Under the pieces are notes generated by a model, which made no database searches, was not told the DNA's origin, and saw nothing but the letters and a program-made list of their open reading frames with translations. A DNA stretch of 64,000 nt, from the NCBI GenBank assembly GCA_040437565.1, contig JBDOQK010000041.1:186001-250000 (forward strand), read 5' to 3'. Origin of the DNA: Albugo candida (taxonomy: Eukaryota). Of this stretch, positions 23,480-36,551 are shown in pieces (the stretch's first letter is position 1; every line of letters begins with the position of its first letter). The position numbers and the translations under genes were made by a program.

Positions 23480-24321
23480 ATGACAGGTTGCACCAGGTAA
23501 TACATGCACAAATTCTACTATATTCACCGGTCTTTGGTAACAAGCGTCATGCATACAGAGTCCTCATCATTCAAGAATCGCATACCACGCAAAAGTATCA
23601 AGAATTGGTAGAACGGCTCAAGCACATTGGTGGTCAGAAATTGGGTCGTCATGTCGTCCATTGCCGTTTTTTCAATCGGAAACTACTTACCGGTACAAAG
23701 GCCACAAACATTTGACATTGACTGAACGCTTTGTGTATCTTACAGAAGGGTACACAAACCAGCGTATGTATATGCTTCGAATGTCTCAAAATGAAGAATT
23801 AGTTTATGCGGTTCTCGTAAACGAACGAGCCAGAAATCTTGGCGGGAGCATGAATGGAGCCGAGCAATCCACCGAACAGCGCATGCTTTTGGAGTACGGC
23901 TTGGAGGGCGCCAACATCTTACAGCAGTCAGAAATTTATGCTTCAAAATTGGACGGACAATTTGAGGTCGGAACTTTTATACACTAACATCTTTTGTCAT
24001 TCATCAAATAACTATCGATAGGGAGTTCGATACGCAATCGGAGACTTTAATGTCAGTATATGTGCGTTCATGTCGCGCAACAATATCCCGCGAGGAATTG
24101 TGGTAGAAATTCAGTATTCTCCGTGCTACGAGTTTCCTGCTGTCGAGACCCTTTTTGATGAATTCATTCAGATGCTGGCACCCAACACCACTATTCGAAA
24201 GCCGATCAATAACCTGACAGCGTACTACCAGTCTGTTGGTCTATCATCCGTGTATTCTCTCAAGCACACAGCTCTTCAGTACGTCGAGGCATTCAACATA
24301 TTGAGGAAATTAGACAAATAG
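23480..24321 (+). CDS. MED20: Mediator complex subunit 20; exons 23480-23496, 23559-23692, 23746-23966, 24022-24321
   Basis: Three GT-AG introns restore one frame: MTGCTRVLII...GVRYAIGDFNV...RGIVVEIQYSPC...YSLKHTALQYVEAFNILR, typical Med20 motifs. Confidence 0.82.
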
Positions 24322-24391
24322 CAACACTGCAATTCATGTAAAAATCCATTATTATCAAATTTCCACGAGACAAGAAGTGTATTGTGGCCAT

Positions 24392-27300
24392 TTACGCCAC
24401 ACTCTTGACGCTTTCCAAAGTGCCTAAACATGTGCGGGCTACGTCATCCAATACTTCTTTGATCTCATTTGTGGACTCTAGATACTCCTGCTTCCAAAAC
24501 GTATAGCTCTTGTTTCGAATCAGTTCGACAAAAGTTATCACCAGGCCCCACTACAGCACGAAAAAAGTCAGCACACACTTTACACGACACAAATCAACGA
24601 GCTCGTACCGGATGAGGTCGATTTGCAACAAGTCGCTCGATCAAAACGCGCGTAATTTGTTCCTTCAAGGTTTTGCTCGCTGTGGAAGAAAAGAGGTACA
24701 AAATGATCCAACTGTAAAATTGCGTCTGGCTGTTGGGATATCGCAAATGATTTGCCAAGCAATTTAAAAAGTAATAGCGTCCTTCAGCATCCAACTCTTC
24801 GGCCAAGAAGCGATAGATCTTCATTGCTGCCATCTTTTCAAGCTTTATCATCGGGTCTTGCTTGTTATCATCACAATCGCCAATCGATGGAGTAGCCGTG
24901 CTTTCCTTACCAATGTAGACAATCACAGCATTAATCGTTGGAATTGAATACTTGCAAGCATTCGGATCGCGTACTAACTGAGCTGGCGGCACCAATAGCT
25001 TTGTAATCAATTCTTGAGGTACAGAAACATCTCGGATAGACTGAAGTATTCCATCAAGATATTCTTTCAAGCCATTATGAGCTAAAGCTGCTGCCAAAGT
25101 TTGTGTGAGACGCGGAGCAGCGGAAACGTGCGAAAGTTGGAAAGCTTGCAAGAAGGGTACTCTAGGATCTGGGAGGCACACATCACGTGGACTTGCTGAT
25201 AAGATGATATTTCGTAGCTGGATACACGAAGCTGGGATCACGTCACAAAAACTCATGTAAAACTCACATAGGAATTCCGGGAAATCGTGCCAAAGTACCA
25301 ACATGATGCGAAGAGTACCTTTGTACAACTCCACCATCGAAGCTGAAAGTGGCTGGACATCGGCATGACGCACAAATACCTCCAAGAACTGCAAAAGATT
25401 GACAACAAGTCGATGAAGAATCTGCCATCCTCGCTGCTGTCGTGCTTCAAGAAGCAGCGGCATAAAGCATCGATGTGATATTAATTCCATCCATGCGAAT
25501 ACAAAGCTAGGAAGCGCTAAAGGTTGTAACGTGTTGTACGCACTGGCAAACGTGTTGAGTACTTGCAAGTGTATTGTTTCGAGCACTGGTTCCCGCAGCG
25601 TCAATTCTTTCATCAAATTCAAAAAAAGCCGGAAGAAAATTCGCTGATCGAAAATCGTCTTCTTTTTCCTTGAGAGCTCGTGAGCGACGACTAGAACATT
25701 GGCAATGGCCCGAACAGCGTGATTGAGAATTTGCACTTTCACAGTGATACTCGAATCCAAATACTTCACAAGCAGAGCCATCAAATGTGTCAACGCATCG
25801 ATAATGACATAATTCAATGGAAGTTTGACACCATTTCGCAAAGCTGTCAAATCTGAACTGTACGAGCTTTTGATACAAGCATCCACGCAAAGCTCAAGAC
25901 TGTAATTGAAGAAGAGCGAGATGCTTTCATCATCATTCAAAAGCCCGCTTTGACGCAACATCTGTATGAATTGCGCGTGCACCTTTTGATTCGATGTGGC
26001 CTGCTTATAGATTGCAATCCAATGTTCGATGGCATTGGTGATTGTGTACTTGCATGCAGCCAGTTGTTGTGCAGAGCTCCGATCCACAGTCTTTCCTCCG
26101 CCGCCTATTTCATTCGGCATTTTGGTGACACCACCGCCGATATTTGCAGAACGCGTCGTGGAATCATTGCTTTTGGCCTGCTCAATCAACGACGATAGGA
26201 TCTGAAGATTTCGATTCGTTGGGTTCGCATGACGTTCAACAATACGAGTCAACGCATCCAAAGTTCCCGGCAACTGAGTCGACAATTTGACATGATCCAT
26301 TGTCAGACACTGTCGAATAATGTGAACAGCAAATTCAATGGCCACAGAGTTTCGCTCCATATTGCGAGTGAGATACGCATCAAATTCGGACAATTCCAAC
26401 ACTTTGAATCGGACAAGCGCCAAAATGATGTCAGAATGAAGCTTCAGTTTGTCTTCGACAGACATACGCACTACCCACGCCACTATCTCTTTCTTCACTT
26501 TGTCAGCATTGGTGCAAAGAGCGTATAGCGAGCTCGCAAGAATCTCCAGAAGCAGCTCGTCACTGCGCCCACTTCCAAGCTCGTACATGCACTTGACGAT
26601 CTGTTGTGCAATTTTCAAAGTGGCTTCCTCTCTGAACGGAGGTTTCACAGAATTTACGATTGATCGGAATTCACGAATGACGTTGAAAATCTCACTTTCT
26701 GCTGGAATCGAATGTAGTGAAGGCATCTCGCGTTGTCCGTTTCCGGATTGGCGAACGACATTCTGTACAAAAAGCTCTGCTTTCTCCACTAGTCCTCCAA
26801 CACGCTCCAATGCTGCTGCAACTGTGAATGCAGCGACCTCTTGATTAGGACTTTGATCTTTGTTTTCATTACGCGGAACTACTCCAGCTCCCAGTGATGA
26901 CGTTGGCGCATACCCTGCTCTAGATATAGACATGGATGTTGGTCGCGGGATGCGTTGAAATGCTTCGTACACCACAAGCATTGAAGGCGGAATACCTCCA
27001 GGTTTTGGTCGAAACGTGGCTGGAAGTGATACAGAGCTTTGTTGAGCAGATCCGTGGAAATAGTGGACTGTATCACTGACTTTGCCTTGTCGTTGCTGGT
27101 TATATCGGCGACGAGATGCGTACACTGCCGAAAGCGCTTCGTCAATATCCCGCATCGCTTTCTCCGAAGAAGCCTTCTCGATCAACATGCATCCCAAATC
27201 TGTATTCTCGTTTGAGCAGACTTGGATCACGTGCTCAATCTGTTGTGGTTCTCCAACCGAACTGGGAATCAACGCACGTAAATGTGATCCGATGGAGCTT

Positions 27301-30300
27301 CGTAAAGGCTCTTTGGCTGTTATAAGCGCTAATGATCCTGACATGCTGGCTACCATCAAATGAGCTGCTTTACGCATTTTCACGTCGTCACATTCCGTCG
27401 CAAAATCTTTCAAAATGATTTCTCTCGTTGTGATACACGCAATCGTCACACTCCGTTCGACAACGGGCGATATAACCTCACGAATAGCTCGATCGACTGC
27501 CAGAGGGAGTAATCGCTTCAAATTGACATTTGACAGAGGAAGATCGGGATTCACTGCCACATACGAGGCAAGATTTGGAATAACAGTTGACTCAGACACC
27601 GTTGAATTGTGTGGTGATGCAAATGCGCCATTCGCGGTGTCTCGATTTGCAGCTGGGCTTGCTCCATCCAGCTTGCTTGATTTCACTATTTTCGAAGGAG
27701 TTGTGGAGCCTGTAAGTGCTTGTTTGTGCACCAGCTTTTGGCTCGGTGTTGGTGTCACGGATCGAAGTGATTTACTCGTTTTTACGTTAAAATCCGGATT
27801 TCCAGGTCGAGGTGGCGTCAGACGAGAATCAAGCAATCCAGCTTTGCATTGTTCCTCTACACTCAGTCTAAACGATTTGAACAGCACTTCGATTTCAAAT
27901 TTCAAATTTAGCTTCAGATCCGGGACGTCGTAGATTTCACGCATGGCATGTATCAATCCCATTATCCATGGATTCGGAGGCTTGAAAATCTTGGATTTTT
28001 TACATCCTTCCAAGACCTTGGCAACAAATGGAGCGACCGCAATCAAATGACCCGTTTCATATCCGACATAAAGCAGCTCCTTGAGATCCAATTCACGCTG
28101 GAGAAGCGGTTTATTACGTGAAAGCGTAAATAGTCCAAGCCATAAACCTAAATTCTTGAGCAGGGATCTTTGTTGAGAATTTGTCGTAATGGATGCCGAA
28201 GTGATGAGTTTGCGAGCGTTTATCAAAGTGCGTCTCATTATTTCTTTCTCGAGTTCCGGCTGCATCAATTTCTCAATGAATATTAGATACACAGTGTGAT
28301 AGTTTGGTTGTGTCGAAATACGTTTGATGACAAGGTAATTGGCCATCCAAGGGTAAAAGTTCTCTATCAATATCTTTCGCATTTCGGGAATTTTCGCTTC
28401 CAAGTTCGAAATCGACATGTTGTTGACGATAAAGTGAATTCTGTCTTTGATTCCTTCGTCAGGTTGGGCCAATACTTCACTTTCGTCACTAACACTTTCT
28501 TCGTTGAAAATGTGATTTACTATCATTGGAGGTAACTGAGGTGAAGCCGGTGATGCGATGAGTTTGGGTGAGACACTAGGTTGTGATACGATGACTTGCG
28601 ATCTGACTTCGACGGTTTCTTCTCGACTAGACTGAGTCGCGTTGGATGGTGTGGCGATCTTGACGGTCGTCACTGTTGTCGTCGTCACGGTCTCCATTTG
28701 TCGAACGACTTTGGAAGTTTCCTCGGAACTCACATCACCTGGTGAACGTTCACTTGCATCTCCTTCCGATCTGATGCCAACAGAGCGGACCACATGACGC
28801 ATGATTTCTGGTAGTGCATGCACGAGATGAGGGATCTGCGATAGATTGGTGCAGTAGGCCGGGAGCTCACGAAGTCTTGGAACAAATTGCTGCAATGCAC
28901 ACNNNNNNNNNNNNNNNNNNNNNNNNNNNNNNNNNNNNNNNNNNNNNNNNNNNNNNNNNNNNNNNNNNNNNNNNNNNNNNNNNNNNNNNNNNNNNNNNNN
29001 NNTCCTCGGAACTCACATCACCTGGTGAACGTTCACTTGCATCTCCTTCCGATCTGATGCCAACAGAGCGGACCACATGACGCATGATTTCTGGTAGTGC
29101 ATGCACGAGATGAGGGATCTGCGATAGATTGGTGCAGTAGGCCGGGAGCTCACGAAGTCTTGGAACAAATTGCTGCAATGCACACGCTCCAAAGAAAAAG
29201 TATTTGGAGTTGACTGGCTCGCGTAAACTCTCCAGGACAGAACGCAATGCTGTTTGTAAAAAGTTGGAAGGAAGTACCTGATGCTCAATCAGCTTTCCGA
29301 AAAGAACGCCAGTAATTCTCAGCTCCATCTCAGGGTATCGAGGGAAAAATCGATACTCATCGAAGAGGTTGTGTATCATACAAAAAAAGATTTGGCGTTC
29401 GCGTTCGTCGCGTGAGGTCTGAAATCTCTTCAGCATAGCAACTACATCATTAATATTCTGCTCAGATGTATAAATCTGCTGGAAATACGCATTTGCCTGC
29501 TCCTCAATCATCTCGGGAGTGACATTGGCTTCCATCGAGGCTGTTTCAGTAGCTTCTTTGATAGTGTCTGCGCGAGGTTTAGTTCCTGCGGCGATAATAG
29601 GATGTACTTCAATCGATAAGGTGATGACACGTTTCAGTTCTTGTGCGATTGGCGGTGGAAGTATCGACTGAACACCAACAATAAGCTTGAGAATGGCCGT
29701 CAGCGCTTCGATCGACATCAAATGACTCGTCGACGGTGTGATACTCTTCTTCGGGACAGCACGGGTGTAATTGCGGTGTACAAACGCAAGACACGATGTC
29801 ACAAAAGGAACGCGTTGACTTGTCAGACGCTCTGTCATCCATGTTTCAATGTTCAATACATCGTGATTGGATCCAACGATGGCGAGAGCCAAAGCAAAAG
29901 TATAGTAATTCGAATGAATTGCATGAGAAAACGCATCTTCGGTGGTTCGATACAGTGTGAATAACCTTGAAATAATCTGCGCTGAAGTTGTGGCGTAATA
30001 ACATTTCACGCTCGCGTGCAAAATAAAGTTCGGAACCACAGACCATAAATGACGCATTATCAGTGGAGCGTTCGGACGGCCCATGATGTAAATTCCAAGT
30101 AATTCAGAAAAAATGTCGTCACGAAGATTGCTTGATTTTATTTTTGACTCGGCTAAATTTGCAATAAGTACGTCCGGACACATTTTCATGGGGCCATCAA
30201 AGATATGACGAACTTTTCCATAGCAATCCTTCTCCGAGATACTCAATAAGGTATCGACCAAATCCAACGAAAACCAGGCTCCGTTCTTAGGGACAGCAGC

Positions 30301-31719
30301 AGCATCAGCTCCTTCAAATGGAGCTAATTTTCGAGGCGATTCAGCAAAGGATAAAACTTCTGGAGGTAATTCAATTGCAGCCTTCAATACGCCGAGCTGA
30401 GCACGCTGATGTTTCCACGGACGAAGAATGGTACTGACTTGAAACCGCGTCTGTGAGCATTTCTGATATGCGTTGATGAGGTATCGAAGCTGGATAGGGT
30501 TCCGTATGTCAAGTTCTGCTCGGTCGAATTCTTCCGCGACTTTTATCCACTTCAAAAGATCACAATCTTTCTGTAAAACTGCAGCAATAACGTCCAAATT
30601 CCAAGTCTTTCGTTCATAGTTATCATCAGCATTTTCTTTGACATTTGGCGAGTCACAAACTGACGAAAGCTGTGCCATCAAAGTAGCTCCATTATCTTCA
30701 CTCATTCCAGAAAATGTTCTAGAAAGCATCACAAGCATTCCAGCGATTTCATGCGGTGTAAGCATTGTTGTGTCAGCCACAGATGCTTCACCTAGTAATG
30801 CTCGAAAAGCTTTCTCGGTGCTCGTGCACGCATACCCAACATCTTCCATGAGTTCATAACACAAACAGCCTGCTTCGAGTTCGCTAGCTAGCTTACTGAT
30901 ACATTCGTTATTACTTGGCAAAGTACAATTGACGCAATCCAAGTCCAACTCTGTTAATGGGCTTATCTCTGCAGTATGCATATCTCTAGGATGAGGAGCT
31001 GCAATACTCGCCAAAAGCACATCTGTATCTTCCGCATCTTTCTGAAAAGCAACATGTGTCCGGAGTAGTGATATCAGCGAATGCAAAACATCGGGTGGAA
31101 GTTTCGCTCCACAGTTTGCTAATTCCAGTACTGTGCTTCGTAGAAATTGTAAAGCTCCAGCTCCATCTTCTGGACTGTTTCCTTGCAAAACAGCCAAGGC
31201 AATCGTGACTTGCTGGGGAACATTTAGCTTCAGCAGTTTGCAAACATTCATCAGCCAATCGTCGGTCAGTACTTGTTTCGAGTTTACTCCATTTCCATTG
31301 ATGATTCTTCCATGCGCAAGTCCCTCAAAAGCCTTTAGAAATTAGTATTTTTGCAAGTTGAAAGCTAAAAAGCGGCTTTACCTCACACAAAAACGTCGTA
31401 AAATTAGGACGAGATGAAGCTTGTGCAATCTCATGAGCCAGTAGCTGTATCTTGAGACTATCCTTGTGATGGGAAGCTTTGTTGTCACGAAAATCGATTC
31501 CTTTAACCAAGCAATTCAGCAGAAAGATACGAGCGTCGTCACCATAGAGATCCACAAGCTAATTGAATTGCAAAGAGTAATGAAAAAATCCGCTTTTGAA
31601 TGCGATCAGATCATTCAAACCTGATTTAGCTCAGCGACGCTCGATTTGAAGTTTTTTTTGTTGAAATTTGTGACGAGATACTGTATCTGCCAAAAAAGAG
31701 GCGAAGCAAATGAGGTCAT
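24392..31719 (-). CDS. NOT1: CCR4-NOT transcription complex subunit 1; exons 31719-31621, 31558-31382, 31332-24609 (283-bp gap artefact removed), 24550-24392; about 2291 aa
   Basis: [90 protein letters not shown]. The two long ORFs overlap by the 183 bp duplicated around gap 28903-29002. Confidence 0.97.
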
Positions 31720-31979
31720 TTGCAGCCCTTCTCTTTGTATTTCGTATCGCTATGATTTTTATAATCGCTCTCTCTCAATTTAGCAATGTGTAGAAGCGCC
31801 TTAAACTCGCACCGAAAGCGATTCGAGGGGCTCGGAGAATTTCAAAACGAAAAGTACCGAAGGTCTTCAATTAGGTACCCTGCTCATTTGTTACGTAACT
31901 GGTCTGTAATCGGTTACACATAACTACCTGCTTGTCAAGCGGTTCTCATCTCATCCTGACGCAAGCCCACATCATCTCA
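31720..31979. promoter_or_regulatory. Probable bidirectional promoter shared by NOT1 and PDK1 (260 bp between start codons)
   Basis: Head-to-head start codons at 31719 (-) and 31980 (+). Confidence 0.5.
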
Positions 31980-34256
31980 ATGACACGAGACATGGAGCCG
32001 AAACCCGTAATCCCGATCGATTCATATGAGAACAAAAAGTTGAGATCTTTATCTGAAGTGACGTCTTCATTTTCTGTGGAGACTCCGCCGAGCCCAAGAG
32101 ACTTTCTCTTCGGGTCTGAATTAGGCCAAGGTTCCTATGCAAAGGTAGCGTTTTGAGGCATTCTAAATCGTAGAGACCAACGTTTTTGTGAATTCGAAGG
32201 TGTATCATGCAAAGCTAAAGAATAAATCAGCGTTGGATTTTGCGGTCAAAGTAATGGATCAGAATTTCATCCGACGCGAAAATAAGACCGCATTCGTGTT
32301 AACGGAACGGAAAGTGATGACACGCCTTCGTCATCCATTCATTGTTCGATTCTACTGCAGTTTTCGGGTATGAAACCGCAATTGCTAAGACAAAGAACCT
32401 TATATGCTCGCTATAGGATTCTCAAAGCTTGTATCTTGTTATGGAATTATGTCTTGGTGGAAATTTGCTCTCATTTATTCGGTAGGGATATAGATTGGAT
32501 TTCTTTCTGAAGAGTTCTGAAGAAGGAAGCACAATAGGGAGAAACTCAGGGAAAATGAAGATAAAGGTATTCAGGATTCAGCCTGTTGTCTGGAGTCGAC
32601 TCGCTTCTATATGGCGGAACTCGTGATCGCGATCGAATATCTACATTCCAAGGTAAGAAAGCATTGTGGAAGAACACAATACGTGACATTCGCTGTAGAA
32701 AGTTGTCCATCGAGATTTGAAACCCGATAATCTGCTCTTCAGGTAGGGAAATTTGAAAGTATCGGATCCTGAGTCCACCTCACAAGTTGTTTGTGAGCAG
32801 CGATAAAGGCCATCTCAAGGTCATTGATTTTGGATCTGCTAAGGTATGCACAATGTGGAGATTCAAACTGGTCATTATGAAGATAACGATTGCTCTCAAG
32901 GATGAAGAAGACCGATCTACGACATCTGGGAGCTTCTGTGGTACTGTATCATACGTGTCCCCGGAAGTACTCAAAGATAAACCAGCAACCGTGGCAACGG
33001 ATTTATGGGCTGCGGGATGTATCATGTATGAGGTGAACTCTCATCAAAGTATATCACTCCAGTCCTTACTCACTATGAGGACAGATGCTTACTGGTAGGC
33101 CAGCATTCATTGCAGAAACTGCATACGGCACATTTCAGAAAGTAAATAGCTATAAAATCTACGCTCATGATGCTAATCAGCTCACTGGGTGCAGATTTGT
33201 GATCACGGAGGAGCAGAAAATGACATGTTTTTCCCAGAGTCGATTCCATCAGCGGCGAGAGACCTCATTGAAAAACTTCTACAACCGGTACGCATTTAAA
33301 GCTTCAAGTATATGGAGATTTTTAGCTTTACATTTACTGTCAGGAACCCAACACTCGCATTGGTGCAGGCGAAGACTCATCGACTAGCTTTACAGCGCTC
33401 AAGGTACATGTACCACAAAATTGCTCTCTATGTACTTACACGTCAATGTGCTGGAGTGAAGACACATATGTTTTTCGATGGAATCGAATGGAGGAGTTTA
33501 CCATCACAAAAGCCTCCGAGGACTTCAATCGCTACGATAACATTACCGGAGCCGCACCTTGTAAGCCTACAGCCTCATTATTCGGCCAAATGAACTCACT
33601 CGGCGTATCAGGATGGAGCTAATGAGCATTGGGCAGTCGCGGACTATTTTTCGGATTGCGGTATTTCAGAAAGCACTTGCTCCGAGTTTGGCGGGTACGG
33701 ATGTTTTTATTTGCGGAATGTATAACTCGCTGAAAGAAATATTCATAGAAACGCGCGATCAAAGAGCAGTTATTCTTGGCATATGCCTTGCAAGGCACTT
33801 GGTGTGTTGCCTCCTGGAGAGCAAGTAGTCAAAAGATCGCTGGTTAAGATCCACAAGCGATTATTCAAACGTTCTCGCCAGGTTCCTTTATCTTTTGGTA
33901 CTGACATTATGCACTATAACTTGAGTGTTATCCGATAGATGGTGCTGACAGATCGACCACGACTCATACTGTTTAGCAGTGGATCCGGCGAGTTGAAAGA
34001 AGATTTTTTGCTGACGGCATCATTGCATGTCAAGACCTTGAGTAGAGATACGTTCGAGATTCGATGTGTACGTCTTCGATCTGCCATCCGGATTGACTGT
34101 TTCAACTCATTGTTTGGCGTTTAGTCGGCACAGGCAATACGATCGATACGTGTAACAGATATATCCGGAAGCGCTGAGGAATGGGCACAAGCTATATTGG
34201 ATATAGTCCAACATCGGTTGGGTGGATTAGGTGGCGGTTTGATGCAGCAACATTGA
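31980..34256 (+). CDS. PDK1: 3-phosphoinositide-dependent protein kinase 1-like (AGC kinase plus C-terminal PH domain), many short introns
   Basis: [74 protein letters not shown], and a PDK1-type PH segment [18 protein letters not shown]. Stop TGA at 34254-34256. Confidence 0.9.
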
Positions 34257-34398
34257 AAGCTTCAGCATCGCCTTTGTACTATAGAACTTTGTATCACATT
34301 TCACAAAAATAAAGACCTTTCTATTCCGATATCCTATCACCACGGTTGACCTCGGAAATAAGATACTCATATAGCTATTTGACTATCTTATATTATGG

Positions 34399-34580
34399 TT
34401 TGTCAAGGATTTCATNNNNNNNNNNNNNNNNNNNNNNNNNNNNNNNNNNNNNNNNNNNNNNNNNNNNNNNNNNNNNNNNNNNNNNNNNNNNNNNNNNNNN
34501 NNNNNNNNNNNNNNNTACCTTCCTTATCCTATCATGAGTCCCTGACCGTGTGAATATCACTTAAGTCTGACTTCAAACCT
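34399..34580 (-). mobile_element. SINE copy 1 (5'-truncated) with 17-bp TSD
   Basis: Reverse complement of the 3' part of SINE copy 2, with one visible mismatch. Flanked by ACTATCTTATATTATGG at 34382-34398 and 34581-34597. Confidence 0.85.
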
Positions 34581-34747
34581 ACTATCTTATATTATGGAGC
34601 ATAGGGATTGCACACCTCCAGCAGGGGGCCGTGGAAAACGCGTGTGATTAGAAACGACTTGGTTCATTTCCAATCAAAAGCATCTGCACCGGCTTCTTGG
34701 TGGAGCTGTACAATCATTTTATGAAACAACAACAACTATCGACTACA

Positions 34748-36020
34748 ATGACGATGGTGAACTCAAAGGTATGTTTATGACAGATTTGAACATGATTATG
34801 ACGTTCTTTATGTACATAGCAAGAATAGGAAAGCAACTTTCGCGTATGCTGCCGCCTAAGACCTGTGGACCCACAGAAAAACAGCGAAAACGGATGTAAG
34901 TGCGTTCAAAGCAGCGACAACGCAGAATCCTACAAGGTACTCTTCGTATTTCACTAGAATTCGTGTATATATCTCACATTGTTTCGTTTTTTAGGAAAAA
35001 ACAGTTCTCAAGAATTGCAGTACGATCGTGTCTTTACCGAATATGACACATCAACTGACGCTATTTAATGCGGCTGCCCGTCCGGCTGTCGACGGTATGG
35101 TGTAGTCGTCCACTAGTCATTTGTGCTGTGTATCTGACGGATGTTTTTGTAGATGTTATGGAAGGATACAATGCAACTAGATGCAAGGCGGCGAAGAAAA
35201 CCGACTCGAACAAGACGGCATCATCCCAAGGACAGCTGCGGAAATCTTCGACCGCATTAGTGAGGTTGATGGACCTGCTGATGCAAACATGGAGTTTGTA
35301 TTTGAAGTGAGTTACATCGAAATTTACATGGAGCAAGTGCGGGATCTGCTGGACACGCAAGGAGTACGGAAGCTCCAGATCCGGGAGGATAATCGGGGAG
35401 GCCTGTATTTGGAAAATTCGCGATAGGTATGTGTTACGAGCCTCGCAGGATTCATGCAGTATGTGCGTCAGGCTATGGAAAAGCGGTCTGTCGCGTCCAC
35501 GGCGATGAATATGCGCAGCTCACGGAGCCACAGCGTGGTTGGGGTGACAATGTCAAAGCGACACGTCCCAACACAAGTGGTGAAGACTGGAAAGCTATAT
35601 TTGGTGGATTTGGCAGGGTCTGAGATCTAAGGAAGACCGAGACCAGCGGAAAGCGACTGGAGGAGGCGAAGATGATCAACAAATCGTTGTCAAGTCTCGG
35701 TATGGTCATTGCTGGTTGGAAATGCGCTCACCACATTGATGATCAGCATTCGTGCAGCGCGTTGGATTAAGCGGAGACTTTGTCGAAGTTGCGATTCGGT
35801 GAGCGTATCAAAAAGATCAAGAATACGGCAATGGTGAGCAGGCGGGAGAACAACAAAGACCTTATGGATACAATCAAAGAACTGGAAAGACTTTTGATAA
35901 TGTAAAAGAAGCGTTCAAGCGACTTAGATTAGAAAGTGGATAGCAGTATAAGCGCTCATGAAAAATTGAGCAACAGGCTGAAGATTCTCGAAGAGAAGGT
36001 GCGATAGGCAGTATCGGAGA
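34748..36020 (+). pseudogene. Kinesin pseudogene copy C (motor and neck, two 5' introns)
   Basis: RVCCRLRP after intron 1, DVMEGYNAT (P-loop deleted), DGIIPRTAAEIF, VSYIEIYMEQVRDLL, TAMNMRSSRSHSV, KLYLVDLAGSE, LEEAKMINKSLSSLG, AETLSKLRFGERIKKIKN. Stops and deletions throughout. Confidence 0.92.
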
Positions 36021-36029
36021 GCGATCGCC

Positions 36030-36180
36030 AGTCTGTTGCTCAATTCCTTATTGGTCGCTGTACAGCTTTCCACTTTCTTTTCCAAGACGCTCGAACGCTT
36101 CTTTTCCATTTTTAAAGCAGTTGTTTGACGGTATCCATAAGCTCATTGACGTTTTCATGGTGTGTGCTGCTCAGACCGAT
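36030..36180 (-). pseudogene. Kinesin neck fragment copy D, inverted against copy C
   Basis: ELMDTVKQL..MEKKRSSVLEKKVESCTATNKELSNRL aligns with copy C DLMDTIKELERLLIM.KKRSSDLD.KVDSSISAHEKLSNRL. Confidence 0.7.
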
Positions 36181-36324
36181 CGCATAAGTACAAAATATGT
36201 TAAGGCTTTCAGTCAAGATCAGCTATGTTGTGGAAAAAGATGATCCATTCCAGCCGAGTTATTCGGATTCGTACGATGGAAGCTACGTTTGGACGACATC
36301 GCAATGTTGTTGAGACTCAATTGA

Positions 36325-36476
36325 GGCCACTTCTATATGTACACCCTCTGATGCATAGCCAATTAAAATCCTGGAAAAACGTTTTTGCGTCGCGAAACTG
36401 TTCGGACGTGTAAATAATGATCTCACCTCTGTTTCCAACTACGCGCTATACCACTGGAAGCACCTATATGTAATAC
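36325..36476. mobile_element. Possible PIF/Harbinger-type MITE; the same terminus occurs inverted at 42592-42614
   Basis: GGCCACTTCTATATGTACACCC (36325) versus GGGTGTACCTATAGAAGTGGCC-TTA (42593-42617). The right end here is degenerate. Confidence 0.4.
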
Positions 36477-36551
36477 TTATTTTTAATTGTTTGCAACATA
36501 GGGCATGTATGAATTCAACTATACCAAAAAGGCACTAGATATGTCCGCCTA

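Noticed and set aside
24594-31251. NOT1 split into two genes
   Set aside because: The two ORFs share the 183 bp duplicated around the gap; collapsing gives one continuous frame.
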